Origin: a virus
Taxonomy: Duplodnaviria; Caudoviricetes
Reading direction: 5' to 3' (one strand)
Virus record (IMG/VR): IMGVR_UViG_3300022752_000014
DNA: 64,000 bases
The notes beneath the pieces are model-generated. The model worked only from the letters and a program-made list of their open reading frames with translations. It did no database searches and was not told the DNA's origin. Positions 6,911 through 16,993 of the stretch are shown in pieces (positions within the stretch are counted from its first letter, which is position 1; each line of letters starts with the position of its first letter). The position numbers and the translations under genes are program-made.

Positions 6911-9829
6911 ATGGCAGTCAATCCCCAAAAGTTTTTACCATCAAAAGAGACCACAAAGGAGACTATTAATATTAAAAAATCTTCTATCGTTCTCTCACAA
7001 AACTCTGTAAAAAATATTGCTACAATTAAAGTAAAGGTTATTCAAATTGAAAGCATCTTAAAAGGAACTCTTGCATTAGAAAAGAAAGCATTAGACCAAA
7101 AGAAAAGAAAAGAAAGTGCTGGAAGAAGAGAGAAACAAGAAGAAAAATTAGAAACAAAAACGAATATGGGAATGGGAGGAATTAAAATGCCTCAACGCCC
7201 AAAACTTGGCATCTTTGATTGGATTAAAAACTTTATTGGTAATGTTATTCTTGGTTATTTTGCTGTAAGACTAGTTGATCATCTTCCCAAGATAATGCCA
7301 ATTGTTAAACTGTTGGGTAAAGCAGGTGATTTGATTGTAGATTTTGGGGGAAAACTTTTAAATGGACTCGCAACATTTATTGACTGGGGATATAAAGCAG
7401 TTGATTTTAGTCGTGGTTTGATTGGCAAAACATTTGGTGATGATGCGCTGAAGAACTTTGATAAACTTACTAGTGAGTTTGAGAAGTTTATGAACCTTGC
7501 CATCATTGTGGGTATGGCAAGTGCCGACTTTGGAATGGATAGAATGAGGAGACCTGGACCCACAGGACCCACAAGAGGTGGAACTAGAACAAGGACCGGT
7601 GGTGCTCCAATGGAAGGTCCTGATATTAGAAATCCGCTCAGACGAAGACCAACAATAACTCAGGGTAGAGGTGGTACACGGTTAGCATCTAAATTCGGTC
7701 CTAAAATTCTCAAAGCGGTTCCATTTTTAGGCGCTGGACTTGCTATCACTGAAGGAATAATGAGAATTCGTGAGGGTGATATTGTTGGCGGATTACTTGC
7801 TTTTGGAACTGCTATTCCTGGTTTTGGTTGGGGATTTTTAGCACTTGACATTGCTCGTGAGTTTATGGGTGGACAAGAATTTGATAAAAAAGTTGGAAGA
7901 GCATTGAGTGGAAAACCAGGTCTAACTAATAAACAAGTTCAAAAAAGAACGCCACATTTTTTTGGACCTGATCCAATTGTTGGTGCTGCTGGCGGAGGTC
8001 CAACAAGAGGTGGAAAATCTAAAGGAGCAGTAAAGAGAACTATTGGTAAAACTAAAAAGGCAAAATACAAGAGAGTAATCCCACAAAAACCAGGAAAGGT
8101 TGAAATAACTTCTCCTGGTGCTGATGTTGGTGGTGAAGATAAAATATTTGGAATATTCCCAAACCCTCTTAAGGGAGCTCAAAAAGTTATTGACGCAATG
8201 AATCCCTTTAATACACTTAAAAAATCTGGAGAGGAACTTGGGAAGACGGATTACTTTGGACCTATTCTTGCAATCACATCAAAATTACTTGCAGGCCAGA
8301 AACCAAGTCAACAAGACTATAGAAACGTTGGTCTTGGAATTAATATGTTGATTGCAAAAGGCATTCAAGACAAACAACTTAAAGGTGGAGTTGTCGCTGC
8401 TTTTGCTGAAGGTGGTATGGTTGATCCTGATGTTCTATCAGCAGCAGAAACTGGTGGAGACATTAGTAATTGGGTAGCAAAAACTTTCCAAGGTGAGATT
8501 GAAAGTAATGCCCAAAGAACATTGAGATTGATTAAAGAAAACGCTGAAAAGAAAAAAGATGAACCATCAAAGGAACCACCATCTCCAGATATCGATTTAG
8601 ATGGTGCTGGGACAACTGGTGGGGGAACTGCAGATACTTCTTTAAATCCTTATAGAAGAGCATTTTTAGATACTCTTGCTTTTGCGGAGGGAACTGCAAA
8701 TTATCCTAATACTGGATACAATACAATTTTTAGTGGTAAACAATTTAGTGGATACAAAGACCACCCAAGAAGACTTATAACCAGTGGCGGTTATAGTTCT
8801 GATGCTGCAGGAAGATATCAGTTTCTTAGTACGACTTGGGATGGTTTAGGTCTACCTGATTTCAGTCCAGCAAATCAAGATAAAGGAGCTCTCAAATTAC
8901 TTGCCCCCCACGTCCTTGCCGCTATTGATAAGGGAGACTTTGCGACAGCATTTCACGGGGCAAGAAAAACTTGGGCGTCTCTTCCTGGAGCAGGTTACGG
9001 TCAACCAGAAAAGAAAATGAAAACACTTGTTGGTTATGCAAATAATAGATTGGCAAAATATCAAAAGGGGGAAATAGGAAAACCAATTACTTCTATTCCA
9101 GACCTTGGTAGTGCTCAACCAACAGGTGCTAATGGTAGATTAAGTCCCGGTCAACTTACAACAGTTCAGGGAGGATATCAACTAAGAAGTGATGCTGCAC
9201 AAGCATTTCAAAATGCAGCGGCATCTGCCAGAAAATCTGGAGTTAATATATCACTATCAAGTGCCTATCGATCTTATGAAAAACAAGCTGCTTTATATGC
9301 AAACAGGGCATCCAATCCATATCCTGTAGCAGCACCAGGAACTTCCAATCATGGATATGGTATTGCCATAGATGTTCCTGAAGGGACACCTGGACACAAT
9401 TGGATGATTGCAAATGGTAGACAGTTTGGATGGAAAAATCTACCAGGCGATGCTGTTCATTTTGATTTTGTTGGTGGATCTAGAATGAAATCATATCATA
9501 CTGGGTCAGATAGGATTAACTCTAAGGAAACAATTGCAAAACTTTTGAAAAAAGAATCGGTGCTTGATGTTGATACCTCAGAGTCTTTGAGAAAAATTGA
9601 TCCACAATTGATTGGTAAACTTAATCGTGCAACAAATGTCCAGGGAGTTATGAATGTTCTTCAACAATATGCTTCATATGAATCTGGTGCTGAGCAAACG
9701 GTTGTTGTTATAGATTCCACACCAACTACTTCTATGGGCGGAGGTTATGGAGATTCTGGTGCTGTTATGATGATGGGAGGATCTGGTGGCGAATCAGATC
9801 CATTTGAGTCTCTAGCAATTGGTGGTTAA
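6911..9829 (+). CDS. Tape-measure-like protein with lambda-type lysozyme and M15 peptidase domains (972 aa)
   Basis: RAFLDTLAFAEGT...AAGRYQFLSTTW...FSPANQDKGA (lysozyme/transglycosylase) and SAYRSYEKQ...APGTSNHGYGIAID...HFDF (VanY/M15). Confidence 0.75.
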   Translation: MAVNPQKFLPSKETTKETINIKKSSIVLSQNSVKNIATIKVKVIQIESILKGTLALEKKALDQKKRKESAGRREKQEEKLETKTNMGMGGIKMPQRPKLGIFDWIKNFIGNVILGYFAVRLVDHLPKIMPIVKLLGKAGDLIVDFGGKLLNGLATFIDWGYKAVDFSRGLIGKTFGDDALKNFDKLTSEFEKFMNLAIIVGMASADFGMDRMRRPGPTGPTRGGTRTRTGGAPMEGPDIRNPLRRRPTITQGRGGTRLASKFGPKILKAVPFLGAGLAITEGIMRIREGDIVGGLLAFGTAIPGFGWGFLALDIAREFMGGQEFDKKVGRALSGKPGLTNKQVQKRTPHFFGPDPIVGAAGGGPTRGGKSKGAVKRTIGKTKKAKYKRVIPQKPGKVEITSPGADVGGEDKIFGIFPNPLKGAQKVIDAMNPFNTLKKSGEELGKTDYFGPILAITSKLLAGQKPSQQDYRNVGLGINMLIAKGIQDKQLKGGVVAAFAEGGMVDPDVLSAAETGGDISNWVAKTFQGEIESNAQRTLRLIKENAEKKKDEPSKEPPSPDIDLDGAGTTGGGTADTSLNPYRRAFLDTLAFAEGTANYPNTGYNTIFSGKQFSGYKDHPRRLITSGGYSSDAAGRYQFLSTTWDGLGLPDFSPANQDKGALKLLAPHVLAAIDKGDFATAFHGARKTWASLPGAGYGQPEKKMKTLVGYANNRLAKYQKGEIGKPITSIPDLGSAQPTGANGRLSPGQLTTVQGGYQLRSDAAQAFQNAAASARKSGVNISLSSAYRSYEKQAALYANRASNPYPVAAPGTSNHGYGIAIDVPEGTPGHNWMIANGRQFGWKNLPGDAVHFDFVGGSRMKSYHTGSDRINSKETIAKLLKKESVLDVDTSESLRKIDPQLIGKLNRATNVQGVMNVLQQYASYESGAEQTVVVIDSTPTTSMGGGYGDSGAVMMMGGSGGESDPFESLAIGG

Positions 9830-9851
9830 ATAAAGTATCAGGTAATAAGAA

Positions 9852-11192
9852 ATGTCAAACTTAATTGTCACGAAAAGTGCTGAACCGTCTTTTATAGAAC
9901 GAATTGATATCGTTTCAAATAAAAGTCAGAGTAAAACAGCAAGCGTCACTGGTGGCACGATTCGCTTGATGTATTATGAAAGTATTTTACAAGACTCTGT
10001 TAAGGCGACAGTGACGTTTGTTGATACTGGAAATGCAGTTGATAATAAGACAGTTCTAGAGGGGCTACCTTTAGTTGGACAAGAAAAAGTATATTTAAAA
10101 TTTAGGGACAACAACGACTCTACATTGAACATAGTTTTATATGTAAACAAGGTAACACCAGTAATAGAAGATACTACAAAGTCTATGGTCCAATTGGAGT
10201 TGGTATCCAAAGAATTTATTATGAACGAAAAAGTCAGATTGAATGAAAGATTTGATGGAAAAATATCAGACCATATTAGAAAGATTTTAACAAATAAAAA
10301 TTACCTTACAACAGAAAAGAATATTGACATTGAAGAAACATCAAATAACTATAACTTCATTGGTAATAATAGGAAACCATATTACGCTATGAATTGGTTG
10401 TCTAAAAAAGCGGTCTCTGCAAAGAATCAAAAGAGTGGCGACAGTGCTGGGTATTTTTTCTTTGAAACTTCAGAAGGATTTAAATTTAAATCTATTGATG
10501 GACTATTAGCACAAGAAAAGAAAAAGTCAATTACCTTTAACCAGACACCAGACTCAAGAGGAGATAATATTCCTGCTGGTTATGATGTAAAGGCTTTGGA
10601 ATATTCAAAAGATAATAATGTAGATGTGCAAGAAAAACTTAAGATGGGGGCGTTTTCTACTCGCACTATTTTATTTGATCCCTTTTCTTGCTACTATGAA
10701 GTTATCACACCAAATGCAAAGCAAGTAGAACAATCATTAAAACTTGCTGGTAAAGAACTTCCCACTTTAAATCCAGAGTTTAATAGAAACGAAAACAATA
10801 AAGAGTTTTCTAGAACGACTTTTTCACTTCTTGATAAAGGATCTCTACCATCTGGAAGCACCAAACAACAAATAGAAAAGTCAAAAGAGCAAAACTTTGA
10901 TCCAAAAAATATTTTGAATCAATCTATAATGAGATACAATCAATTGTTCTCTGCCAAGAGCACAGTCACAATACCTGGTGATTTCTCATTACACGCTGGA
11001 GATGCTGTTTTTATTGACGCAAAACAACTTGCTGCTGCCGATGAAGAAATAAACAAGGAATATGGAGGTCTATATATTATAGCAGATTTATGTCACTACA
11101 TTTCTCCAAGAGAAACCTACACCAAACTCAATCTAGTAAGAGATTCTTTTGGTAGAACTGGTAATCACACATCGGGTAAGATACCATTATGA
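9852..11192 (+). CDS. Baseplate hub protein (gp27-like)
   Basis: YYESIL...A.VTFVD, YFFFETSEGFKFKSIDGL and IPGDFSLHAGD; lies immediately upstream of gp5. Confidence 0.55.
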   Translation: MSNLIVTKSAEPSFIERIDIVSNKSQSKTASVTGGTIRLMYYESILQDSVKATVTFVDTGNAVDNKTVLEGLPLVGQEKVYLKFRDNNDSTLNIVLYVNKVTPVIEDTTKSMVQLELVSKEFIMNEKVRLNERFDGKISDHIRKILTNKNYLTTEKNIDIEETSNNYNFIGNNRKPYYAMNWLSKKAVSAKNQKSGDSAGYFFFETSEGFKFKSIDGLLAQEKKKSITFNQTPDSRGDNIPAGYDVKALEYSKDNNVDVQEKLKMGAFSTRTILFDPFSCYYEVITPNAKQVEQSLKLAGKELPTLNPEFNRNENNKEFSRTTFSLLDKGSLPSGSTKQQIEKSKEQNFDPKNILNQSIMRYNQLFSAKSTVTIPGDFSLHAGDAVFIDAKQLAAADEEINKEYGGLYIIADLCHYISPRETYTKLNLVRDSFGRTGNHTSGKIPL

Positions 11193-11407
11193 CGGACAGA
11201 AGCATTCAACAACACATCAATGATGATAAGGATAAGTTAGAGGATCCAACGTTATCTCCTCAAATGAGACGCCACGTTGAAGATGAACTAGGGCATCTTG
11301 AGAAGTATCAAGCGAATCACCCAGACGAAGAACACGATCCAACAGCATTTGAAATGTATTGTGATGAACATCCAGATGCAGCAGAATGCAAAATCTATGA
11401 TGATTGA
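11189..11407 (+). CDS. cp12: CP12 Calvin-cycle inhibitor (cyanophage type)
   Basis: 72 aa acidic protein ending AFEMYCDEHPDAAECKIYDD (CP12 C-terminal Cys pair); SPQMRRHVEDEL is typical of phage CP12. Confidence 0.9.
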   Translation: MTDRSIQQHINDDKDKLEDPTLSPQMRRHVEDELGHLEKYQANHPDEEHDPTAFEMYCDEHPDAAECKIYDD

Positions 11408-11413
11408 TAACTA

Positions 11414-13159
11414 ATGGAAGGTGGAGCATTATTTAATCCTGGATTCTTAGGTGGCAGTTTTCTCTGGTGGGTTGGTCAGATTGCTGACGACTCCACTTGG
11501 AGGGAGAATATCCTCCCTGGAAAATTTGCAGATGCTTCCACTATTCCTGGTTGGGGTAGAAGATACAAAGTAAGAATTATTGGATTGCACGATCAAGGTA
11601 ATGATACAATAACAGACGAGAACTTGCCTTGGGCTCAAGTAATGTATCCCATCACTGCTGGTGGCGGGCAAACTAATTCATCACAAACCCCCAATCTACG
11701 TCAAGGAAATTTTGTATTTGGATTTTTCCTTGACGGACAAGATCAACAAGTCCCAGTCATTATGGGTGTGTTGGGCAATAATGCTCAGACTGCACTAAAC
11801 ACTAGTTGGGATAAAACTAAAAAAGTCACTAATGCATCTCCTGGCAGTTTAGCAACAAGTGGATATGCGAAAGGAAAAAAACCAAAAGGTGCTGCAACTG
11901 AAAAAGTTCCTGATGAAGGTAAAGTTGTTGTTAAGCCCAAATCAAGAACACAATATAATGAGTGTGCTCCTCTTGCTCCAGGAAAGACCTTAGATAAGTA
12001 TGGTCTTCCTTATGGAGAGGCAAACCAATTTCAATTAAGAGATATTCAAAGTGCTGCAGCAGAAGCAACAACAAAGGGATTAACTGGAACTGACTTTGAT
12101 AATTTTGTAAAGAAAGTCGTTCAAGATGGAATTAAGAATCGTTGTAAGGAAGCAAACTCATCAACATCACCACCCTCTCCAGGCGCAGCAAAAGAAAATG
12201 CAGATGCTGTTCATCAAACTAGTTCAGCTGATTTAAAGTTAAAAGAGAAGTATAAAGAAAAAATTCCCCTGATGAAACCAGGTGAAAATAAAGTTATGTC
12301 AGCATTGAAATGTATCCAAACAGTGTTGGACAATTTGATGCGTGAAATCAAAAAATATCTAGATGCTATTACTTGTTATGCTGATGCAGTTTCAAATCTG
12401 ATTAACAGTATTCAAAAATTAATTGCAAAGGCGGCGTGTATTATTGCAAAGTATATGAAGATTATTTTTGATAAAATTATGGAGTATGTTCTTAAGTTAT
12501 TGAACAAAGAACTGACCAAAGTCGTATCAGCAATGCCTTCAAGTATGAGAAGTATGTTTGGTGATATGAAAGAAATTCTTGTTGAACTTATTATGTGTTT
12601 ATACAATAAAATTACACAAGGTCTTTGTGGATTAATTCAGGGATTGTTGACAGATATTTTAAAACCAAATGAGTTGGAACAGCAAATGAGGAATAGTCCC
12701 TCCAATAGAAAGATAACTCCTAGTGTTCCAATATGTTATGCAGAACAACTTGCTGGTCAAGTTATTTCATTTAACAAACAACAAATTAATGATGCAAATA
12801 ATACAATCATTGATAATGTAAATGCCTTTCTTGATGATATTCAGGGACAGATTGCTGGTGTCAGTGGATCCTTAGCAGATATTACTTCCAATATTGGAAA
12901 TATCGGCGGAAGTTTATCTGATGCTTTAAGTTTTACTAATCTGAAGTTGAATGTCTTTGGATGTGAACTTAAACCAAATGTTGCCGTATCTGACTTCTAC
13001 ACTTTTGGAAGAGGTGGTGGAGCACAACCAGACGCACAACTTCCAAGTGAGAAAGGTGTAGAAAATGCAGCGACACAACCAGTATCTACAACACCAACAC
13101 CTGAAGTTCCATATCTAGAACCAACAAAAGCATCAGCAAATGTTGATCTTAAACAATAA
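11414..13159 (+). CDS. gp5: Baseplate hub/spike gp5 (N-terminal OB-fold, no lysozyme domain seen)
   Basis: WWVGQI...RYKVRIIGLH...LPWAQVMYP...GNFVFGFFLDG..QQVPVIMGVLG, the gp5 OB motif. Confidence 0.8.
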   Translation: MEGGALFNPGFLGGSFLWWVGQIADDSTWRENILPGKFADASTIPGWGRRYKVRIIGLHDQGNDTITDENLPWAQVMYPITAGGGQTNSSQTPNLRQGNFVFGFFLDGQDQQVPVIMGVLGNNAQTALNTSWDKTKKVTNASPGSLATSGYAKGKKPKGAATEKVPDEGKVVVKPKSRTQYNECAPLAPGKTLDKYGLPYGEANQFQLRDIQSAAAEATTKGLTGTDFDNFVKKVVQDGIKNRCKEANSSTSPPSPGAAKENADAVHQTSSADLKLKEKYKEKIPLMKPGENKVMSALKCIQTVLDNLMREIKKYLDAITCYADAVSNLINSIQKLIAKAACIIAKYMKIIFDKIMEYVLKLLNKELTKVVSAMPSSMRSMFGDMKEILVELIMCLYNKITQGLCGLIQGLLTDILKPNELEQQMRNSPSNRKITPSVPICYAEQLAGQVISFNKQQINDANNTIIDNVNAFLDDIQGQIAGVSGSLADITSNIGNIGGSLSDALSFTNLKLNVFGCELKPNVAVSDFYTFGRGGGAQPDAQLPSEKGVENAATQPVSTTPTPEVPYLEPTKASANVDLKQ

Positions 13160-13194
13160 ATATCACTATGAAGAAAAAGGTAAACCAATAACTA

Positions 13195-16100
13195 ATGTCG
13201 TTTAATATCTTTGGTCCCGCTTCAAAGAATTCAATTCGTGTTGGTTATATATCAACAGATAGGGGTTTTGTTGATGATATTACTATCTGTGAAGCAAATG
13301 ATTATGCAAAGTTAAATCCAGGAACACAATTTATATTTAAGACAAGAAAGTTTATTAAGTATCTAAACATTAATGAAGTTAATAAATTAACACCTGATGA
13401 TGTTCTATCTACTGGAAGCACCTGTGGCGGTATTGTATTAGACGCAGACTGCGGATATCCCGAAGCACACTTTTATGGTGGTGGAGGAGTAGGAGTTCAG
13501 GGCAACCCTGTATTTGGTAGAGATGGATCTTTACTTGCTGTAGATTTAGTTCACGGTGGATTTGGATATCAATATCCACCGATCGTTGAAGTTAAAGACA
13601 ATTGTGGATTCGGTGTAGGTGCTGTCACCCGTGCAGTTCTTGGTGAGATTGTAGAGACTGTGGAGTATTATGATCAAGAAGGAGACTTTGAAGAGTATGA
13701 AATCTGTGACCCTACTGATGTTGGATATGGATTAAGATATGGTCCGAATGGAGAGGTACTGGGAGATTGGGACCCAACCCTATATGCAAATTTAACTAAA
13801 GACCCTATTGCTATAGAGATTAAAGAGTATCAAGACTTCTTACAAAAGTTACAAACTCCTTGGTGGACAACAAGAACAAAAAATCCATTAAGAGTTACAT
13901 CTGCAAATCGCACAACAAGAGTTAAACATAATGTCACCTATCCTGCTTGGAGTGACTTTTTAAATAAGTATGCAATTTCTCCTGTTCCACCATCAAATGC
14001 TCCTGGTAGTGATTTTTCTGCAGAAGGGTTTACACTTGAGTGGGAAGAAGAATTTCCATATGATGGCGAATATGTTTTCAGAGGTCTTGCTGATAATAGA
14101 GCGGCACTTTATTTGGATAATTTGAAACTCAGTGATCTTCAAAGCGTCACGTTTATTGGTGAGAACAATCGTCAAGATAGTGCATTAAGTGTAAAAGATA
14201 CTCCAAATACTATAAGAAAAATCGTAAAGGCTGGTGTGCATCGAATTCGTGTTGACTTATACAATCAACCAATATCACCAACACCATTACCAGCAACAAG
14301 AAAAGTATTTAATACGGTAGATTATATTACCAAAGCGAACAGACGTTTATGGAGAACAAACGTTTATGGTCGAGGTGGTTTTATCAATGAATATGGAGTA
14401 TGTCCATTTGATACAACGGTTCAACTTGAAGACAACCCTTATGCGGGCACTCACACAATTGTATGGGACAATATTAGCTTTCCAGCAGATGGAAATTATA
14501 TCATAGAAATTGAAGTTGATGATAATGTTACATTGAAATTTGCAGGTCAAGATGGAGAAACAGTCATCACAAAAAGAGGTTTTAGTGCTGGTGACAAAGG
14601 CACTGGAAAGACAACTGAAACAAAATTCTTCAGAGCAGGAACATATAAAATTACTGCTGACTTAGAACAAATTCCTGGTGGTAAGTTTGGATTTAGTCAT
14701 ATCAAGGGAGTCAATCCAATGGCTCTTGCTGTAAATATTGAGTCTGCTTCTACACAAACACCTGTTGTATCTCCAAGGTCTTGGAATGAAAATCCAATGG
14801 GAATTGCATTGACAATTGATGCTCCATTACCTCCAATACCACAGGAACCAATTCCTGTTCAACAAGAAGGTAGATGTCCCAATAATCCAATTTGGAGTAC
14901 AAGATTTCCAAATGGAAAAGAAAAGTGGTGGCCTGTTAAATATGAATCCAGAAGCTGGAGTAAGTTTATGAACCGTTATGCGATTTCTCCAATCCCACCA
15001 CTATCTAAAAAAGGAAGTGATGGTGGTGGAGTTGTCTATAAAAATTCTTGGAACTTAGACATTCCTTATGATGGGTTCTATGCACTAAAAGGAACTGTTG
15101 ATAATGGTGGTCGAATTTTAATTGACGATAAAGAAGTTGCTAGAGGTGGTGGAGTAAGTTTTAAGGGTGGGACAGTAGATACAAAACAAAAACTAGACTC
15201 ATTTAAAGTTGAAAATCCTCAGTCTACAAAACTGTTTTTGACAAAAGGAAAACACACTATTCAAGTTGAAGTTGAGAATGAAAAGACAGAGACTTTTGAA
15301 AAGATTGACAAAAAAATATTCAGTACAAAAGACTGGATGTTTAAACCTACTGTTCAACCAATAGTGGTTCAAGAACAAGTTGATGAATATGAACTTCAAT
15401 CGGAAACATACATTGGTCCATTGCGTGACAATGTTGTAACAGGTAGTAAGTATGATGCAAGAGTTCCTAGTAATTGGGTTACATATGGAGCAGTTCAATT
15501 AGGAAATATGGCTCGTGGTGGTTCTTCTACTTACATATTAGGACCTCCAGGTGTTTCTTTTGGTACAAATAACGGATTTATTTTCTGGGGTGGTGGAAAA
15601 ATAGATGGGACAGTTGTAGATGTTGGAGCAAAAGGTCCATATACTACTGGGGAATATATTCAAGTTGATGACCAAACTAGGGTCACTTTAGGTGCTTTCT
15701 CAGAAACTTCTGCTTTTTCTATACCGACTAGAGATGGACGATTCTCTCGGTCCATTCAGTCTTATGGTTTACACAAACTTAAAGTGTGGAAGAAAAAAGG
15801 TTCATCACAAGTTACAAAAGAGGTTGGAACAACTGTTTCTACTGCCATCATAAAACAATCACCTACTGCTGCTGGTGTTGTTTATGAAGGACCAACACCA
15901 ATTGCAAACTACGTCAGTGATTTCATTTCACCAGTTTTTCAAGATGTGAATGCTAAACCAAATGAAGAAATCCAAGGCAAGACTTGGTTCTTCCGTTGGT
16001 CTAATGTTGACTTCCCCGTTGATGGTCAATATACTTTAGAAGCAGAAGCAGATGATAAACTAATTGTAAGAATTGATGGTGTTGAGGTTGGTCAAGCAAA

Positions 16101-16968
16101 AGTTTTTGAGGGTAGAAGAAAAACAATCTTTAATATTACGAAGGGCAAGCGAACTGTTGAATTGGAACTTTCAAACATTCGTATTCCAAACACGGGATTT
16201 GATAAGAATCCAGTTGTGACATATGCTCAAATAACTGTACCAGTTGATGTCGCTGCAGGAATTAGCAAACCCTGGACAGAAAATCCAATGGGAATTTCAG
16301 CAATCTTAATTCCTCCTCCTTGTCCAAAAAGAATTAAAGGTAAGGGTGTTGTTACAGAGGTGATTGTTGATGATCCTGGTAATGGATTTGTTCCTCCAGG
16401 AAATGGTGATTATCCAGTCGCACTGCGACTTAAAAATGTTATTGTAGAAGATACTGGAATTAACTATAATTGTGGTGTTGATCAAATTCAAATCACTCCA
16501 AATAATGGTGCTGTTCTTGATTATGAGTGTGATACATTTGGTAGAATCGTCAATGTGAAAGTTTTAAATCCAGGACTTGGATTTACAACGTATCCAGAAA
16601 TTACGATGGTTACTCCTACTGATAATCCAACAGGTATTAATGCAACCTTTAGACCTCAATTTGAAATTGTAAGAGACCCGATTGCTGAACCACAAAAACT
16701 GATTCAAGTTACTGATTTGGTTGGTCTTAAACAGACTGGTTATGTGGATGGAAGACCTTATTATGGAGCAGTCTTCTCCAAAGATGGTGCTAATTATGCT
16801 GGTTTCTATGAAACACCTGGCGATTTAGTACAAGTTTATGCTACACTTCAAGAAAGCATTAATGCTCAAGTTACTACAGCACCTTCTGCAATTCAAAGGC
16901 AGGGTACAGATGTTACTAGTAACGATCCTAGACTTAATCTTCCTGGCACTCCAGAAAATCTTATTTAA
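13195..16968 (+). CDS. Virion structural protein with repeated PA14-like domains
   Basis: Internal repeats FPYDGEYVFRGLADN, FPADGNYIIEIEVDDN, IPYDGFYALKGTVDN and FPVDGQYTLEAEADD, plus two W.ENPMGI...I..P linkers. Confidence 0.55.
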   Translation: MSFNIFGPASKNSIRVGYISTDRGFVDDITICEANDYAKLNPGTQFIFKTRKFIKYLNINEVNKLTPDDVLSTGSTCGGIVLDADCGYPEAHFYGGGGVGVQGNPVFGRDGSLLAVDLVHGGFGYQYPPIVEVKDNCGFGVGAVTRAVLGEIVETVEYYDQEGDFEEYEICDPTDVGYGLRYGPNGEVLGDWDPTLYANLTKDPIAIEIKEYQDFLQKLQTPWWTTRTKNPLRVTSANRTTRVKHNVTYPAWSDFLNKYAISPVPPSNAPGSDFSAEGFTLEWEEEFPYDGEYVFRGLADNRAALYLDNLKLSDLQSVTFIGENNRQDSALSVKDTPNTIRKIVKAGVHRIRVDLYNQPISPTPLPATRKVFNTVDYITKANRRLWRTNVYGRGGFINEYGVCPFDTTVQLEDNPYAGTHTIVWDNISFPADGNYIIEIEVDDNVTLKFAGQDGETVITKRGFSAGDKGTGKTTETKFFRAGTYKITADLEQIPGGKFGFSHIKGVNPMALAVNIESASTQTPVVSPRSWNENPMGIALTIDAPLPPIPQEPIPVQQEGRCPNNPIWSTRFPNGKEKWWPVKYESRSWSKFMNRYAISPIPPLSKKGSDGGGVVYKNSWNLDIPYDGFYALKGTVDNGGRILIDDKEVARGGGVSFKGGTVDTKQKLDSFKVENPQSTKLFLTKGKHTIQVEVENEKTETFEKIDKKIFSTKDWMFKPTVQPIVVQEQVDEYELQSETYIGPLRDNVVTGSKYDARVPSNWVTYGAVQLGNMARGGSSTYILGPPGVSFGTNNGFIFWGGGKIDGTVVDVGAKGPYTTGEYIQVDDQTRVTLGAFSETSAFSIPTRDGRFSRSIQSYGLHKLKVWKKKGSSQVTKEVGTTVSTAIIKQSPTAAGVVYEGPTPIANYVSDFISPVFQDVNAKPNEEIQGKTWFFRWSNVDFPVDGQYTLEAEADDKLIVRIDGVEVGQAKVFEGRRKTIFNITKGKRTVELELSNIRIPNTGFDKNPVVTYAQITVPVDVAAGISKPWTENPMGISAILIPPPCPKRIKGKGVVTEVIVDDPGNGFVPPGNGDYPVALRLKNVIVEDTGINYNCGVDQIQITPNNGAVLDYECDTFGRIVNVKVLNPGLGFTTYPEITMVTPTDNPTGINATFRPQFEIVRDPIAEPQKLIQVTDLVGLKQTGYVDGRPYYGAVFSKDGANYAGFYETPGDLVQVYATLQESINAQVTTAPSAIQRQGTDVTSNDPRLNLPGTPENLI

Positions 16969-16993
16969 ATAGAATATACCAATGGACCTATAA

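Noticed and set aside
5255-9118. Antisense ORFs of 60-120 aa inside the large hub and tape-measure genes (and similar ones throughout the window)
   Set aside because: Fully nested in long, motif-bearing sense ORFs, with no RBS or recognisable motifs.
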